Below, in pieces: positions 1-40,320 of a stretch of DNA of 64,000 bases (the first letter of the stretch is position 1; each line of letters starts with the position of its first letter). This DNA is from Hormiphora californensis (Eukaryota > Animalia > Ctenophora), in contig CM035360.1 in the NCBI GenBank assembly GCA_020137815.1, positions 7,378,001 to 7,442,000 on the forward strand, in the 5' to 3' direction. The notes beneath the pieces are model-generated. The model was not told where the DNA came from. It worked only from the letters and a program-made list of their open reading frames with translations, and did not search any database. The position numbers and the translations under genes were made by a program.

Positions 1-3000
1 GAAGAGCGAGGGGAGGGGGGGGGAGGTGAGGACTTATTGGTAGAAAAACATCAGATGTAAACATTGACAGATCTATACAACTTACCGTTTCTTGATCTCA
101 TTGACATTAATAATTACATCATCAGACGCCTCAGGAAGTTCAATTCCCAACTTTTTGAAAAGGACAGTTTCTCTCAGCAGCTCAATGAAGGAGGGATCAA
201 AGTTGATAAAGAGCTGTCCTGTCTCAGGGTGCTTCACCAGCACAGACGCTTTAAGAGCTACAGGGGGTAGGAGATTGTGAGATCTTGTTGACTGTTGTTA
301 CCCGAATTCATTCCTCACGGGAGTACCTACCCCACATCATGATATTTCACTTACAAGTTTTGATGATTTCGTACACTTGATAGTACGCTTCAGTGTGCTT
401 CAGTTCGTAATTGATGAGACATCCCGCCATTTTGTTAAACTTCTTAATTAGCTTCTTGTGCACATCGTTTGTCTAGATAGAAATTGGGAATATAATCAGG
501 GGATAATGGGGAGCCTCCCTCTTTCTTTAGGGATGGCAAATCTGTCATTCTGTCAAGAGTGCCAGCTAACAGTTGTCGCACTATACTAGATCATGTTTTA
601 CTTTGGTTCCATAATCATACCTGTGGTTTCAGCACGCCCAACTTCTCGAACTCAAATATGGGTCTCTCTATAATGCGGTGAAGGTGCCTGGCCCACTGGA
701 TAGCACTGCTCGTCTTTGGGACGTTCCTCATTAACAAAGGGGAGTTCTTCTCTGCTGTATACATCTGTAGTATAGATAGTGTGTTTATTAGTGGGATGCT
801 GTTGAAACTTTTGTAACCCCAGTGCAGTTTATAGTAGCGAGATTGCGGTATAAACAGAAGGTATCATGATAAGTATCATCACCTCCTATCCGTTCCTTCT
901 ACTCCCCCCAACCCCCGGCACTAGCAGACACTATCTCACCTGTTTGATTCTCTCCAGCTCAATCTGGTACTTGTCAACAGCAATGGCGTAGTGGTTGGAA
1001 AACTTGAGCTCGCTAATATTCAGTCTGTCTAACCTGAGAAATAAATTGTTCATGATTCCTGAAAATACTGGTTCTAACCCTCCGTCGCGGGACACGGTAA
1101 GAGATATAGATGGTCGAGCAAGGTAAGAAAATACAGCCTACTGCTTGAAGGTGAGCTTGAAGCTTGGACCCAGCTTGAAGCAGGTCGGGGTCTACTAACT
1201 TTCCAAGGATTTCAAGGCATCGTGTGACACTGGTACACTTGTTGATCTGGGTTTCAGCATACGTCATCACACCGTTTGCGAGCTGTGTAATCTGGCTCAG
1301 GAAATACTCGAAATCTTCATCAAACGTTGCCTTCCGTTGATCAAGGAAGTCGTAGCCCTTCTTTTGCATAGTCGATACAATCACCTGCAAAGGATTTAAT
1401 GGTGATTATTCTGCAATCTGGTATCGCATGATATTATGTAGGAGTTTCTGCACGTTACCAACCCGATCGGAAAACATAATTCAAAATAAACCCGATTAAG
1501 ACACGTCATGATGGGGAAACCCGTTACCTTGTACTTGGTGATGATGGACTCGAATCCCTCAAGTTTGATAGTCTGAAGTGCCTTGAACCGCTCAATAATG
1601 TTCAACATTCGCTGGATGTTCTCCAGCCGCTTGCAGAACGCTACAAACTTCCCAAAGGTATACATTTCTGAGAAATCGAACTCTTTCTCGCTCTTACTTT
1701 TCATAAACTGGTGAAGGGGAAGTTTAGGATAATGAATTTGATTTTTTAATCCACTATCAGTGATCGATAATTGGTATTGTAGAGAGAGAACGAACCTGGA
1801 AGCTCCTGTCATATTCCTTGTACAGCTCAATAGCATTCTGTATTTTCACCATAACATTATCATACTCGAAATCCCAGATTCTCTTGACGCCCTTCTCAGT
1901 GATGTAGTCCTTGCAAGAAACTACCATTTGGTTGGTAATCTGGGGGAGATACCAGTTAGTAAAACTCACATAAGACGTCCACCGAACTTGGCCGACGCTG
2001 CGTGCGTGACGTTACAGTCATGCAGTACAAGTAACACCTGCTCATGGGGTCGACGTGAAGTGGAATTCATTAGAAGGTGTACCTTTACAAAAAGATGAGT
2101 CATGCAGTCAGTGGTGTTGTAGTATTTTGAGGTGGTATAGATCAGTAGAATGCTCTCCATGATCTTCTTGATATTAGGTTTTATTCCCATAGGATCAGAA
2201 TAGTAGAGAGGTTTACACAACTCAAACAACTTCTCCAAAATCCTCACATTATCCCTTGATTCGTTTGCTGCATCTGTGATTTTCTGGTCAAACTTTATCC
2301 AGGTCTCCAGGAGCTTACTTTTCGCGTTCCTGAGAATACCACATGCATTCCTGCACAGTGGTGATTGGATTTGTTCTAGAAGATAGTTGAACTTTGCCTG
2401 GCGGAGTTTCCAGCTGGCTAGCTCTGCGTAGGGGCCAATGTCATCAGATTCCTTCTGGATCAGATCAGATTCTATTAGAACCTGTAGAAAGTGGAGATAT
2501 CATTTCTCTGATTAGAAAACTTGAAAGAATTCTAGTCTTCCCTAGGTTCGTACCTATTTCTACGATATTACCTTACTAGAACCTTGTTAGAACATAACAA
2601 CATACCAGTTCAATTCTCCTGCACCACGCCTGAATCATTCCCTCCACAGCAGCCAAGGTCTTTTTATCACACGCTAATTCGTGCCACTTATCCTTGTTAG
2701 GAGGTCCATTTAGATTCTGTAGAGTGTCCGGCTTTACAAGCTCAACTGTCTCCTTCAGACAGGACTTAGCGTCACTTAGCGCCTTGTCAAACTCTGGGGG
2801 GGATGAAACGTGATTTCACAGAATGCACCATGCAGTGATATATGGAGAGATTTGTTCGAGATTTGGTTGGGTTTAGAGGTTGATTCTATTTACCCTGTAC
2901 GGTAATTTGAAAATCTCGTTTCAGTTCTTCCCCATTACTGCATTGCTTTGATTCCAGCTCAAATTCGTGCAGGTAGGGAGTAAAAAGGGATCCTAGGAGT

Positions 3001-3795
3001 TCCTGAGCGACTGTAATGGGAGATTGTCCTTCGTTGACATAGTAAACACCGAACAATACCTCCTGGAAAGATACCGATGTTGTTGGGGGCCGGGGGGGGG
3101 GGTGTGCTGAGAAATCAGTAAAATGGAACATTGTCTAGCGACCCGATCCGATCTCGAGTGCACTGTCGTTTTGAGCATTAATTATTAAACTGGCGGCGTC
3201 AGAAAAGTAAAACATTGAACATAGTAACATACCGAATCAACATTAGCTCTGAGTGCACCCCTTCCCAGTGACCCTAGTCATGTAGACGATCTGTCCCCTC
3301 TCCGTTTAGTTTCCCAGTTGAATCAGCTGTCACTAATAAACGGTTTTGGGATGGAGCTCTTCCCGCTTCCAACTCGTTCAGTTTCAGTGGGGGCAGGGGT
3401 TTCAGGGTGAAATATCACCACACATTTCCTCTCGTTTGCCTTGAAGAACGAATCAAACACGTCCATTTGACTTGTTGACAGGAAGGAATCGTGGATGAAG
3501 TCGGAGGGGGCATCCAAGATGAGAGATAATCTATCAATTACCCATCTGTGAGTGGGCATTATTCGCAGCGCAAGAGCTGCTCTATCCTCCACAACCACTG
3601 CATCTTTCTGAAAGTAGAACACCTGGTTTTGAACAGCTAATTTGGACAGTCTAGATCACATTTCTAGGGTTTAAGGCACGAAGCCTCATACTAATTATAG
3701 ATGTAACATTATGACAAAGAGACACTTACTTTATTAGTGGTTGCATGGATGTTGTGTTTGGTTGCCAACCGGGGTCGACCCCGCTTGGAAGCCAT
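1..3795 (-). CDS. Axonemal dynein heavy chain, outer-arm gamma type (DNAH5/DNAH8-like), N-terminal exons; gene continues beyond window start
   Basis: Exon translations YTTSKYYNTTDCMTHLFVK/ITNQMVVSCKDYI, FSEMYTFGKFVAFCKRL and KKGYDFLDQRKATFDEDFEYF resemble the DHC_N1 region of DNAH5/8. GT-AG introns. Putative ATG at 3795 (MASKRGRPR...). Confidence 0.85.
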
Positions 3796-4425
3796 ATTTA
3801 TCAAGCTATTTACTTAGCTATGAAAATGGATATAAGTGGATATAACTGAACTAAACTTCGATATAACTAGTAGACAAATTGTGCAGTAGCTTATGTTATG
3901 CAAAAAGTAGTCGCGCTGTCAGAGCATTGGCCTGACAGGAGTCGCGAGCTCAAGCCTGAAGTGGATTAATGTGTTCCCGCTTCTCCATTAAAATGGGGAG
4001 TCATAAACCCTGCAGACAACTAACAAGCAAAATTCATGATATATTCAGGCAGTTTGACGACATCCAGCCGGCAGCCAGCGATGCGACGGCAACCGGTAGA
4101 ACGTACCCACTTCGAAATTTACTTGTTTGGTTGCGAACGCGAAGATCGCAAAGTTACTTCACGAAGAAATTCTTTGATATTTCTTCACGCGCACTAAAAA
4201 TTCACTGCGCGGCACAAACAGTTGATTTGCGCGCACATAAATATAGCACGCGCAGACTTTTTGTCGTCAAACTTTTATTTCTCGATCCAGCGATCAAAGC
4301 TAAAGAACTTTTTGCCCCAAAACTTTTTCGGACCTCCCTCTTTCCACATGAAGCCTTAGCTCTCGCCACGTGACACGTCCTGGGTCCCTTTCTCTAGCTA
4401 ACTTAAACCACCGTTTCAGCATGCT

Positions 4426-6330
4426 ATGAAAGTAAAAGTTCTCAACAGAAACCCTAACGATTATCTCAAAACTCGGTCCGGAGACCTCCCCAAGCTCCCT
4501 CGAAATGTAGATCCTACACTTCATCCCCATGCATCACAACGAGAATACACCCAGGCCCTTAATGCTGTGAAACTTGAACGAGTGTTTGCTAAACCCTTTG
4601 TTGGATCGCTTGATGGCCACCGAGATGGAGTGTATTCAATGCTTACCCACCCGAAACGGCTACCAATTTTGATTTCTGGTGCTTGTGACGGTGAAATCAA
4701 GATCTGGAATGTAACGACAAAGGAATGTCTTAGCACCCTGGCTGCTCACTCTGGATTTGTTCGGGGAATGGGGATTAACGAGGTCAGTCTTCCAGATAGC
4801 ACATCAATTTGTCATGACTTCAGTCCTACTAGGACTGTCCTAGTCAGTATTCTGGTCCTAATGATGTGATTTCGTTAGTTTCAATGACATTTCTCCCAAG
4901 CCAGGTGACTGTCTGATCTCTGTGGGTGATGACCAAATGGTGAAAGTTGTGGAATGTTGATGAAGCCATGAACAAAGGATCTATCCAGCCCAAACATACC
5001 ATTGTATCAAAGGTAGGATTGAATAACGAGCATATCATATGCCCTATCTTCACCTACAGCTATCTTACATCTTCGTTTTCCTTAATTCTTTCAAGCTCTA
5101 ATCAGAACCCCTTCAGACAATGTTGACTGGGGTTGACTATCAGTGGGGATCTAGCTCCGACACATTTGCCACGTGCGGTACATCGGTCGGGATTTGGAGT
5201 GTGAACCGAAACTGAGCCCCTTCGAACCTTTGATTGGGGAGTCGATACGATCAGTTCAGTAACTTACAATAAGGTTAGTCTTTCGTCAAAGATCAATTGG
5301 GATGTTGAAAAGAATAACTTGGACGATAGATAAATAAGCACTTTTAGATAAATAAGCACTTTTTTATCCACACTTCATCTCAGGTTGAAACGTATATGCT
5401 AGCCTCGACAGCTAGTGATCCGTAACATTGTCCTCTATGACTGTCGAGAGAACCAGCCCCTAAGAAAAGTCATCCTGTCCCAGAAGACTAACCAAGTAGC
5501 GTTTAATCCAATGGAAGCGTTTAACTTCACAGCAGCGTGCGACTGACAACTAATTTGTATACTTTTGATATGAGGAAACTGAAGACGCCTCTAAATGTTC
5601 ATATGGGCCATGCGATGGCAGTTTTATCAGTCAACTATTCACCAACAGGTATGTTGTCTCTCAGGATACTCTCTCCTAGTTAAAGTATCAATCTCTCTTC
5701 TGCTCCCTTTAGTTAAAGTAACAATCTCACTTACTATCTCATATTTCTCTGACACTTCCTCTCCTGTCAGGTCGTGAGTTTGTATCAGGAAGTTACGACA
5801 AGACTGTCCGTATTTTCCCAGTTGGGAAGGGCAGATCGAAGGAGGTCTACCACACGAAACGGATGCAGCGTGTGTTTCTGTACCCACTACAGTGCTGACA
5901 GCAAGTTCATACTGACGGGTAGTGATGAGACGAACATCAGGTTATGGAAGAGTCTGGCGTGGGGCCAAATGGGTCCTGTTAGTGCTCGGGAGAGGGCTGC
6001 ATTCGATTATAACAAGAAACTGATTGATAGATACAGTGAACATCCGCAGGTAAACCCCGCTTTTCTCTCTCCATCTTTCTATTTCTCGTCATAGTTTCAC
6101 AGTTTACCCCCTTACCAGCTAAGTCACCATCCTCACCCCCACCCCCCTAGGTTAAGAGGATAAAGAGGCACCGTAACCTTCCTAAGATGGTTAAATCTAT
6201 CAGCAAGGAACACATGAACATCAGATCTGCTCAAAAGAAGAAGGATGACAACAGAAGGAGACATGCAAAGGCTGGATCTGTGCCAAGAGTTGCGGAGAGG
6301 GCTAAACATGTTGTCAACGAGGAGGAATGA
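4426..6330 (+). CDS. DCAF13: DDB1- and CUL4-associated factor 13 / Sof1 (U3 snoRNP WD40 protein), multi-exon; several apparent 1-nt insertions
   Basis: MKVKVLNRNPNDY..., REYTQALNAVKLERVFAKPF, SDETNIRLWK and VKRIKRHRNLPK are Sof1 hallmarks. Frame breaks near 4943, 5210, 5420 and 5545. Confidence 0.93.
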
Positions 6331-6683
6331 ATCCCTCCATCTTGAAATGATGAGAGACGGTATGAAATGGGTGTATTTAATTTATTGACCAACCAACAAG
6401 GAACTGTGTATGAACTGTGAAAAAGAGACAACTGCAACAGAATATAAAGCTTGTTTTATGTGTTTCTTTAATCCCGAATTGTTTTATCAGACCACCAAAC
6501 CGTTCTGTCTTTATATCGTCTCATGTCCTACTTGTGCGGCTGTTTTTTACTTGACCTCAGTCCTTGTATTTAGTTATCATGTCTTAGTAGAAAGTACCCG
6601 ATATTTCAGTGCCGCCAACACCACAAGAAGATGAACTACTGATCTCATTTCTGGATTGGCCTTGCTCGATCGGTTGGTATTGA

Positions 6684-7316
<633 letters not shown>

Positions 7317-7463
7317 CTGTTGGTTTATATTGTTTATTTTTATGTGTTGTTCATAGTAATATTCTTGTTAACATTTTATTGTCCTAATTATGGTTTTATG
7401 CTCAACTCTAAAGGATTATTTTTATTACAAATTACAAATACCTAACCGATCCCAATCTGTAGC

Positions 7464-8929
7464 ATGGCACCACCCAGAGGCAGAGGCAGTTTCGGAGGAG
7501 GTCGAGGTGGCGGCGGCGGTGGTCGAGGTGGAAGCAGGGGCCGAGGTGGCTTTGGAGGTAAATATTAAACACCCATTTCCTAATCAGAAACATAACACCT
7601 AGAAAGATAATCGAATAGTAGTCACATACGGATATATGTCTATCACTCTAATTAGTTTTCCTACTTCCTAGTCCCTAACTCCCCCTCTCTCTGTAGGTCG
7701 AGGAGGAGGTGGTCGAGGTGGTGGTGGTCGAGGAGGTGGCAGGGGTGGTATGAGGGGAGGAAAGAAGGTGGTGGTTGAGCCCCACAGGCATAACGGTGTC
7801 TTCATTGCACGAGGAAAGGAAGACGCTCTGGTTACCAAGAACCTGACACCTGGTGATACCGTGTATGGAGAGAAGAAGGTAATTTCACTTAACAGATCCA
7901 GCTTTATTCTTTACAGTTCCCGGAGTCAATAGAAGAATAAACCAGTTTTAACAAAACCCTATTTTGTTCCTCACCCCTCCCTCCCTCAGGTTACTATTGA
8001 AGGAGTTGACGCCTCAGACAAGATCGAGTACAGGGTATGGAATCCTTTCAGGTCAAAACTTGCCGCTGCTATTCTTGGTGGAGTATCAGATATTCACATC
8101 CGTAAGTGGGAGATACGTGTATAACTTCTGACATTCATTATTTGTTCCCCAATCCCAAAATTAACTAACATCTCCTTCCCTCTCTCCTAGGACCTGGCAG
8201 CAAGGTTCTGTATCTCGGTGCTGCCAGTGGAACTACGGTGTCCCACGTTGCTGATATCGTTGGACCGGAAGGTATTGTGTACGCTGTTGAATTCTCCCAT
8301 CGATCAGGCCGAGATCTGATTAATGTTGCCAAGAAGAGGATGAACATTGTACCAATCATTGAGGTGAGAAAGGGTGACACAGTTTATTAATTCTGCTTAA
8401 AGGTTCTAACCTCTCCTCTTCTAGCCCCTGATCTAGTTGATTGTGTTTGCCTCTTCTAACCACTTCTCTTCTCCTTAACACCTCCTTTCCCTCTTCTAAC
8501 CCCCTCCCTCTTCTGCCCAGGATGCCCGACATCCCCACAAATACAGGATGCTCGTTGGTATGGTTGATGTCATCTTTGCCGATGTTGCCCAGCCAGATCA
8601 GGCGAGGATTGTCGCCCTGAACGCTCACTCCTTCCTGAAGAACAGCGGTCATTTTGTTATCTCCATCAAGGCCAACTGTATTGATAGTACTGCCGCTGCA
8701 GAGGCTGTCTTCGCAGGAGAGGTAGGAGCTTACAGTTAGATTCTTTTGTGATTACATTTTAAAGAACCATGGTTTTTGATGCACTCGTCTCCAACTCATA
8801 ACTCTCTTTCTCCAGGTCAAGAAGATGAAGGCCGAAAAGATGAAGCCAGTTGAGCAGATCACCCTTGAGCCCTATGAGCGAGATCACGCCGTGGTAGTAG
8901 GTGTCTACAGACCTCCTCCCAAGAAATAG
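7464..8929 (+). CDS. FBL: rRNA 2'-O-methyltransferase fibrillarin, 6 exons
   Basis: N-terminal RGG/GAR region; [81 protein letters not shown]. Confidence 0.97.
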
Positions 8930-9360
8930 GCTGGTGATGACGTCATAGGACACTGAGTGCCGAGAGAGTTTAGGTCGGGTGCTTGTGCTAGCCAGGGGAG
9001 GGCACAGGCGAGGTGTTTTATTCTTTTATTTATTAACCAGCTCTTTTTAAACAACTCTACACACTACCTTAATTTATTACAATTACAAACTCTCTTGCGT
9101 GAGAAAGGAAGGACAAGGGTTTAACGACATTTTTCAAACATACCAGCATAGCCCTAATTTATTAACAAAATGTGACACCCGCCCTCTGCGGAAAAATGTA
9201 CTGCTGAAAATTGCGTTTTACTACATCGTAACAACTTGTTTTCTTGTCTTTTGTTTCTCAACACTCATTTTCATACTCAAACAATATTAACCGTCTTTCT
9301 CCTTTAGTGATACCTCATTCCCCCAAACTCACTAACCAATACTCTGTTCTCTCTCTAGCC

Positions 9361-9728
9361 ATGACTAAGGGTACATGCTCGTTTGGAAAGCGACATAACA
9401 AGTCGCACACAATCTGCATCAGGTGTGGCAAGTCCTCCTTCCACGTCCAGAAGAAGAGGTAAATGTTGTTCCCCTTTCAATAGCTCACTTTTCTGTTCCT
9501 TTTTCTAACTAGAAAACCGTCCCTGACACTCATTCTCTTCCTACTAGGTGCTCCCAGTGTGCTTACCCCGCCGCCAAGCTGCGATCTTTCAACTGGTCTG
9601 TCAAGGGCAAGAGGAGGAAGACCACCGGAACCGGACGAATGGCCCATCTGAGGAACGTGCAGAGGCGATTCAGGAATGGATTCCAGAGCGGAGCTGCCAA
9701 ACCCCAGGCCAAGAAGACCAGCTCTTAA
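9361..9728 (+). CDS. RPL37: 60S ribosomal protein L37, 2 exons
   Basis: [64 protein letters not shown]. Confidence 0.97.
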
Positions 9729-9883
9729 ATTATTCTGATTCTGAGTTCATTTTTAACTATTGAAACTGCGTGTTTGTTCTGTCTCTACCATATCAAGATC
9801 CCAACTTACCTCGATTGTTACCATTTCTCTCGCTGTCTTTCTTTCTCCATTTCTGTCCCTAAATTCCCCATCTCTTCCCTAGC

Positions 9884-11707
9884 ATGACATTGTTCAGTCA
9901 GACCTCCAAGCTGCTTAAAGCTGAGGGGGAGAAGCCTAATGCCGTTGAGAGTGCCGTGTCCCAGGCCCTCCTTGACCTTGAGGCCAACTCCGACCTCGCC
10001 AACGCCCTCAGGGGTCTCTACTTTGTAGGAGCCGAGGAGGTCGTCATCAGGGACGATAAGGTGAGACGGGGGGGACGACATGTTAATTGTTAATAAATCA
10101 CCTCTTTTTTCGATTTTGTTAATTAACGTTAATTAACAAAATTAACAAAGTTAACAAATCAGCAAAGACTGTTCTTATTGGTTGATAACACGACTTTTAC
10201 TGGTTTAATTTTATAGTTTAATGACTTTTCTAACACATATACAGTCAGACCCCGATTTACCGGGCCCCGATTTACCGGTACCCCGATTTACCGGGACGAT
10301 AAAATTCCCCCGATCTAGGAAATTAACGGTAATTGACCCCGATATACCGGGCACCCCGTTTTACCGGTCAAAACCCTTTCCCCCGAGCATCCCGGTAAAT
10401 CGGGGTCCGACTGTATACCCAAACAAGGCCTCTTCCGATAACCAAAGTCCGAAATACATGTTTTTTTGGCTCAAAATCGATAAAAATCCAAAAGTTACAA
10501 ATATTTCAATTTAGCGTAAAAAATCTCACTTTAACGTGATTTTTTCATTGACAATCGATTCTTTGGACTTAAGAAGCTTCTAGAAGATGATGTACAACGT
10601 TTCTGTCGGAAAAAGAAACAAAATATTTCCAAAATCAATTTTTTGTTTAAAAATTGAAAATATGCTTCGCTACAAATCCTTGTGTTTTTTTAGAAAAATT
10701 AATTTTTGGGATATTTTTGTTTTATGGTAAATTCATGAGTCTTATTTAGTTTTTAGGGTTAAAAAAGGTGGATTAGGGTCAATTGACTTCAATTGCGGTT
10801 TAGTTTGGCTAGTTTTTATTAAAATTTACACAATGGAACAAATCGCTCTAGAAAAGCCGTAGTAGAGGTTAGTAGGGGTGTGCAAATCGTGCAAAAGGAA
10901 CAACTTTGCTCGCAGAACAAGTGTTAAATACCAAAAACACGCGCTAAAGGTGATTTAGATGGCATAAATGGCATTTGTTAACGTTTGTTAACTTTTTGTT
11001 AATTTTGTTAATAAATCACCTGTTTTCTCGATGTTAATATTAACAAAGTTAACAAAATTAACATGTCGCACCCCCCGGTGAGACGAGAGAGATATTTTAG
11101 AATGAATACTTCTTGTTTCTAACATAAGAATTTTAAAAAAGTTAGGTAAATCTGCCAACACTAACCCCATCCTCTTTCCTCCTCAGGTTGCGGTTGTCAT
11201 CCACATTCCCTTCCCCCAACAAAAGGTCTACCAGAAGATCCAATCGAAACTTGTCAGGGAGCTGGAGAAGAAGCTGAGTGGAAAGCACGTCATCTTCCTG
11301 GCCAAGAGGAGGATCCTCTCTAAACCCACCCGACACAGCCGAAACCTGAGCAAGCAGAAGAGGCCAAGGAGCCGAACTCTCACCGCCGTCCACGATTCCA
11401 TCCTCGACGATTTGGTTTTCCCCGCTGAGGTGTGTAGCATTTCTTTCATTCATCCCTGAACCCACCCGGCACCCCCTCTCGTTTTATGTGAACGCAATGA
11501 CAGTGTCATAGTGAATTCAAGTTAACTAACCCCACTTCCCATCAGATCACCGGAAAGCGAAAGAGGGTGAAGCTGGATGGATCCCAGTTGCTCAAGGTCC
11601 ACCTCGAGAAGTCCGCTCAGATTAACACCGAAACCAAGGTCGATACTTTCATGGCTGTCTACAAGAAACTGACGGGAAAAGACGTCGTGTTTGAATATGT
11701 GGACTAA
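9884..11707 (+). CDS. RPS7: 40S ribosomal protein S7 (eS7), 3 exons
   Basis: [22 protein letters not shown]; [24 protein letters not shown]; [25 protein letters not shown]; [13 protein letters not shown]...[14 protein letters not shown]. Confidence 0.97.
10069..11076. mobile_element. Non-autonomous TIR DNA transposon (Mutator-like) in RPS7 intron 1
   Basis: Termini GGGGGGACGACATGTTAATT / AATTAACATGTCGCACCCCCC; 9-bp direct repeat GGTGAGACG at 10060-10068 and 11077-11085. Confidence 0.75.
10242..10413. mobile_element. Tc1/mariner-type MITE nested in the Mutator-like element; degenerate relatives near 30240-30300, 34165-34195 and 62814-62883
   Basis: TA-flanked CAGTCAGACCCCGATTTACCGGG ... CCCGGTAAATCGGGGTCCGACTG inverted termini. 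Confidence 0.8.
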
Positions 11708-11734
11708 TTTATTGACGCCTTTTTAATTTATCTT

Positions 11735-12290
11735 AAAAAGAGATCAGATCTTTGCTTTTGAGTGTACAATGTGCGTGTGTCCCTGTGTGTGACATGGTTA
11801 TGGGGCTTGGTGAGCTGAGCGCGCACGCCGAACGACTCTCTTGTGATGCGTAATGCACACTGTTACTATTACCATTTGAAAAATCAAGTGCGCGCGCTAA
11901 GCCTTTTCCCACCGTTTTCAGGGCCATGTGGTCCTCCCTGGTTTTGCTTTCGGCAACCGGACAGTGCTTGTGGAACCGGCTTCTTGATTTGCTTGTCAAC
12001 ATGGCAGTTTGATCAGTCAAATTCCTGAAACGAGCCTTGTTCCGGAGTTGATTTCCATTCCCCTCGACGCGGGACCTCGCGTGCAAATGGTGCGCGCGCA
12101 AAATGGGACACACCACAGCCAGCAGTTGAGTGACATCGGAGTTGTCAGGTGACAATGTCACGGTACGGCTGACAGTCACGTGATTTGGACCGTAACCCCA
12201 CCCCTTTCAGCCATTGTGGATTGTGGAACCGATGCATCTCGTGTACAAAACACCGGGAGTGGATCAGTGCCCCTTTTACCGCCAAGATGC
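11735..12290. repeat. Probable interspersed repeat (GC-rich; gives a spurious 148-aa ORF)
   Basis: Abrupt compositional change after RPS7 and no recognisable protein. Resembles a ctenophore repeat from memory only; boundaries approximate. Confidence 0.35.
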
Positions 12291-13502
12291 TGGAAACATA
12301 AAACAAGGTAACTTTAAAACTGACAAAAACATTTTATACCTACACACAAAACTATACAGTTCTCTCTATACACAGTTTATTTACACTATAATGCTTGAAA
12401 ATCAGGCATTTGAACAATTGGATGTCTCTTATCCATATAGTTTTAACCCCTTCCTAAAAAACAGGGTAGGTACAGGTATTATAATACACGGTAGAAAACA
12501 AAGCTACAAAACTGGCTGTGGTACTTGAAGAAGTTGGCTTAAATTTTGAAACTCATAGTATGCAATTTGTTTTTAATTTTATTTGGGTATCAACCAACTT
12601 CTTCAAGCACCCAAAAAAATATTCTGACACTCACTCGACAACTCAAAATATATCAGTCTCTATAACAGTCCTATCTCTCAGCGGCACTCCATGCAAGGAC
12701 ACTTTTCATGTAGTAGCGGGCTGAATTATCTGCATGCGGGTTGGAGATTTAATGGGGGTATGATCGGCGATTATTGGTAACGTCTCGTATACATCTGTCT
12801 GCAGTAAATCAAATGTCAGCAAGGGGTATCAGCAAGGGAGAGAGGGGGTAGTTTTACAAGGAATGCGGGTTGGGGTTCTGGGAATTATGGGGACCATATC
12901 ATGATAGGGAGGGGTGGGGGACAATCAATCTAACTTTACAGCATTATCAGACGGGGCTATATAATGTAGTTTTGGTATCGTTCAGTCAGCAATTCAGTTT
13001 CACATAATCGTGCAGCGATATAGCGTTCTCTTCACGCGGCGTTGAATAGCATTGAATTACTCAAACCCTCTTTTAACAAGTAAAAATGAGGGTACGAGCA
13101 AGGCAACAACAACAAGCTTCATAATTCATTTCATGTGTCATGCTATTAACCCAGACAAGTGGTTTAGTAGAATTTAGGTCGTGTATAATTCAACTGTAGG
13201 TCACGGAGTAGAATTCTGTTTTTCTGTTTTTGTTTTGACCTCCCACTTTTACTTTCAATTCTCAGTGCTGCGTTATCAAGTGTTGGAAGGTGCCTGTGGT
13301 AGCTTGCACTGGGGAAACACATGACGTCACACATGAACAGTTACCATGGTTACAGGTAAGCAACTAAGCAGTTTAAATGAGTTACCACTATTAAATGTAG
13401 ATGGAGATTAGGGCCTAGGTTTGGGGTTTCGCCTTCTATATCGTGTACTAGGGTTGTATTCGGAACTGGAATGGGATTGTACTGGGTATTTTTAGGGGCT
13501 CT

Positions 13503-39731
<26,229 letters not shown>

Positions 39732-40320
39732 GACATGCCCTCCTGTGAAAAATACATATTGAAGCTTAGGTTATGGTCGAATACTGCGTCGGTTCAGGGG
39801 GTAGGCCACCCGCCACAGGGCTCCAAGACCCAAGTGGAATCGAAAACCCCTAATGCATGCATACCACATTTGGGATAAATAATGCTAATCTAAATCAGCC
39901 TGGATATCCTGAAAAAGTGTAAAGCAAGCACGCTCGTCCTCGACAGGGAAAATCAAAAAATCGCCAAAAAAGAAGTCGGAAAAGTTTTTTGCGTCAAGTA
40001 AAAAAGTTGAGCTGACCAAGAAGATCAATCTCTGTCAAAGTATAACGCCGTTTAGTGGTTTAAATGTAACACGCGAACTTTATTTTGTTTTTATGGAATT
40101 TGCGCGCGCCAAGCTGGAGTTTTGTGCCAAAAAGTCGTTTTTTTTCTGTGCAGCTTCAGTTTGGGGCCAGCAACGTTTGCCAAGGGCGGCGTTAAAATCT
40201 TGGTGCCTTCTCGCGCGAAGCTCTTCTCGGCGTAAGGGCTTCCACTAATACATATGTCACAAACACACACACTCACACAGTCACACACACTCTCTCTTTA
40301 AAATCTGGGTGTTTCGTGAG

